From Promethearchaeota archaeon Loki_b31 (lineage in GTDB: Archaea; Asgardarchaeota; Lokiarchaeia; Sigyniarchaeales; SOKP01), in the NCBI GenBank assembly GCA_005222975.1, contig NJBI01000062.1, positions 1-17,946 of the forward strand: 17,946 bases of DNA. The letters run 5' to 3'. The notes beneath the pieces were generated by a model that worked only from the letters and a program-made list of their open reading frames with translations, was not told where the DNA came from and did no database searches. The first letter of the stretch is position 1; each line of letters opens with the position of its first letter. Below, in pieces: positions 17,519 to 17,946 of this stretch. A program made the position numbers and the translations under genes.

Positions 17519-17946
17519 ATGACAAAGTCAAAAAATACTATGATTTTCATTGACTATGGAAATCTTTACCATAACGCCCATGAGCTCAAATTTGAAGTAG
17601 ACTATGGAAAACTCATGAGTGTATTAGGTAAAAACAAGAATGTCATAAAAGCCACAATATATATGGGTGTAATTTATCCAATCAAAGGCAAAAAAATAGG
17701 ATGGATTAAGTCCTTGAGAAGAAAATACGGAATCGAAACCAAGTTTAGATATCTTAAAGAAACCCCGCGAGGATTTAAAGAAAAAGGAGTGGATGTTTTA
17801 CTTGCTATCGACATGCTCATCAATGCTTATGAAAATAATTATGATATTGCAGTTTTATTAAGCGGGGATGCAGATTTTATTCCTGTGATAGAAAAAATCC
17901 AAGCGTTAAATAAGAAAGTTGAGCTATGGTGTTTTAAAGATTCAGT
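17519..17946 (+). CDS. NYN domain (LabA/DUF88, PIN-fold) putative ribonuclease, 3'-truncated by the window edge
   Basis: Manual translation from ATG 17519 gives MTKSKNTMIFIDYGNLYH...EVDYGKL...GFKEKGVDVLLAIDML....ENNYDIAVLLSGDADFIPVIEKIQALNKKVELW. It contains the NYN acidic motifs IDxxN, EKGVD and SGDxDF. It is absent from the ORF track because no stop occurs in the window. Confidence 0.92.
   Translation, partial: MTKSKNTMIFIDYGNLYHNAHELKFEVDYGKLMSVLGKNKNVIKATIYMGVIYPIKGKKIGWIKSLRRKYGIETKFRYLKETPRGFKEKGVDVLLAIDMLINAYENNYDIAVLLSGDADFIPVIEKIQALNKKVELWCFKDS

Overview
AT-rich archaeal genomic window, most likely from an Asgard archaeon (Lokiarchaeia/Promethearchaeota-like). This is inferred from archaeal-type RNA polymerase and ribosomal proteins, a Rab-like small GTPase with a WDFGGQ G3 motif, and a eukaryote-like eL30 N-terminus. 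The core is an information-processing cluster on the minus strand (rpo1N-rpo1C-rpl30e-nusA-rps12-rps7), separated from its usual neighbours (rpo5/rpo2 upstream, EF-2/EF-1a downstream). A second short rpl44e-rps27e pair is also present. Accessory genes are DUF2284, an MtaA/UroD-family methyltransferase, pyrB, a zinc-ribbon membrane protein, an ADP-forming acyl-CoA synthetase alpha-like protein, an EamA transporter, a small GTPase, two hypotheticals, and a NYN/LabA ribonuclease running off the right edge that the ORF track missed. The most striking item is the 663-aa ORF at 3509-5500. It fuses an ArsR-type winged helix to an ATP-cone and to a class III ribonucleotide reductase (NrdD) body that has lost its catalytic, zinc-binding and glycyl-radical elements, making it a candidate pseudoenzyme-derived (d)NTP-sensing transcription factor. 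Rpo1N also carries an unusual ~84-aa C-terminal appendage. No tRNA, rRNA, CRISPR array or mobile element was recognised. All family assignments are by visual motif recognition; no searches were run.
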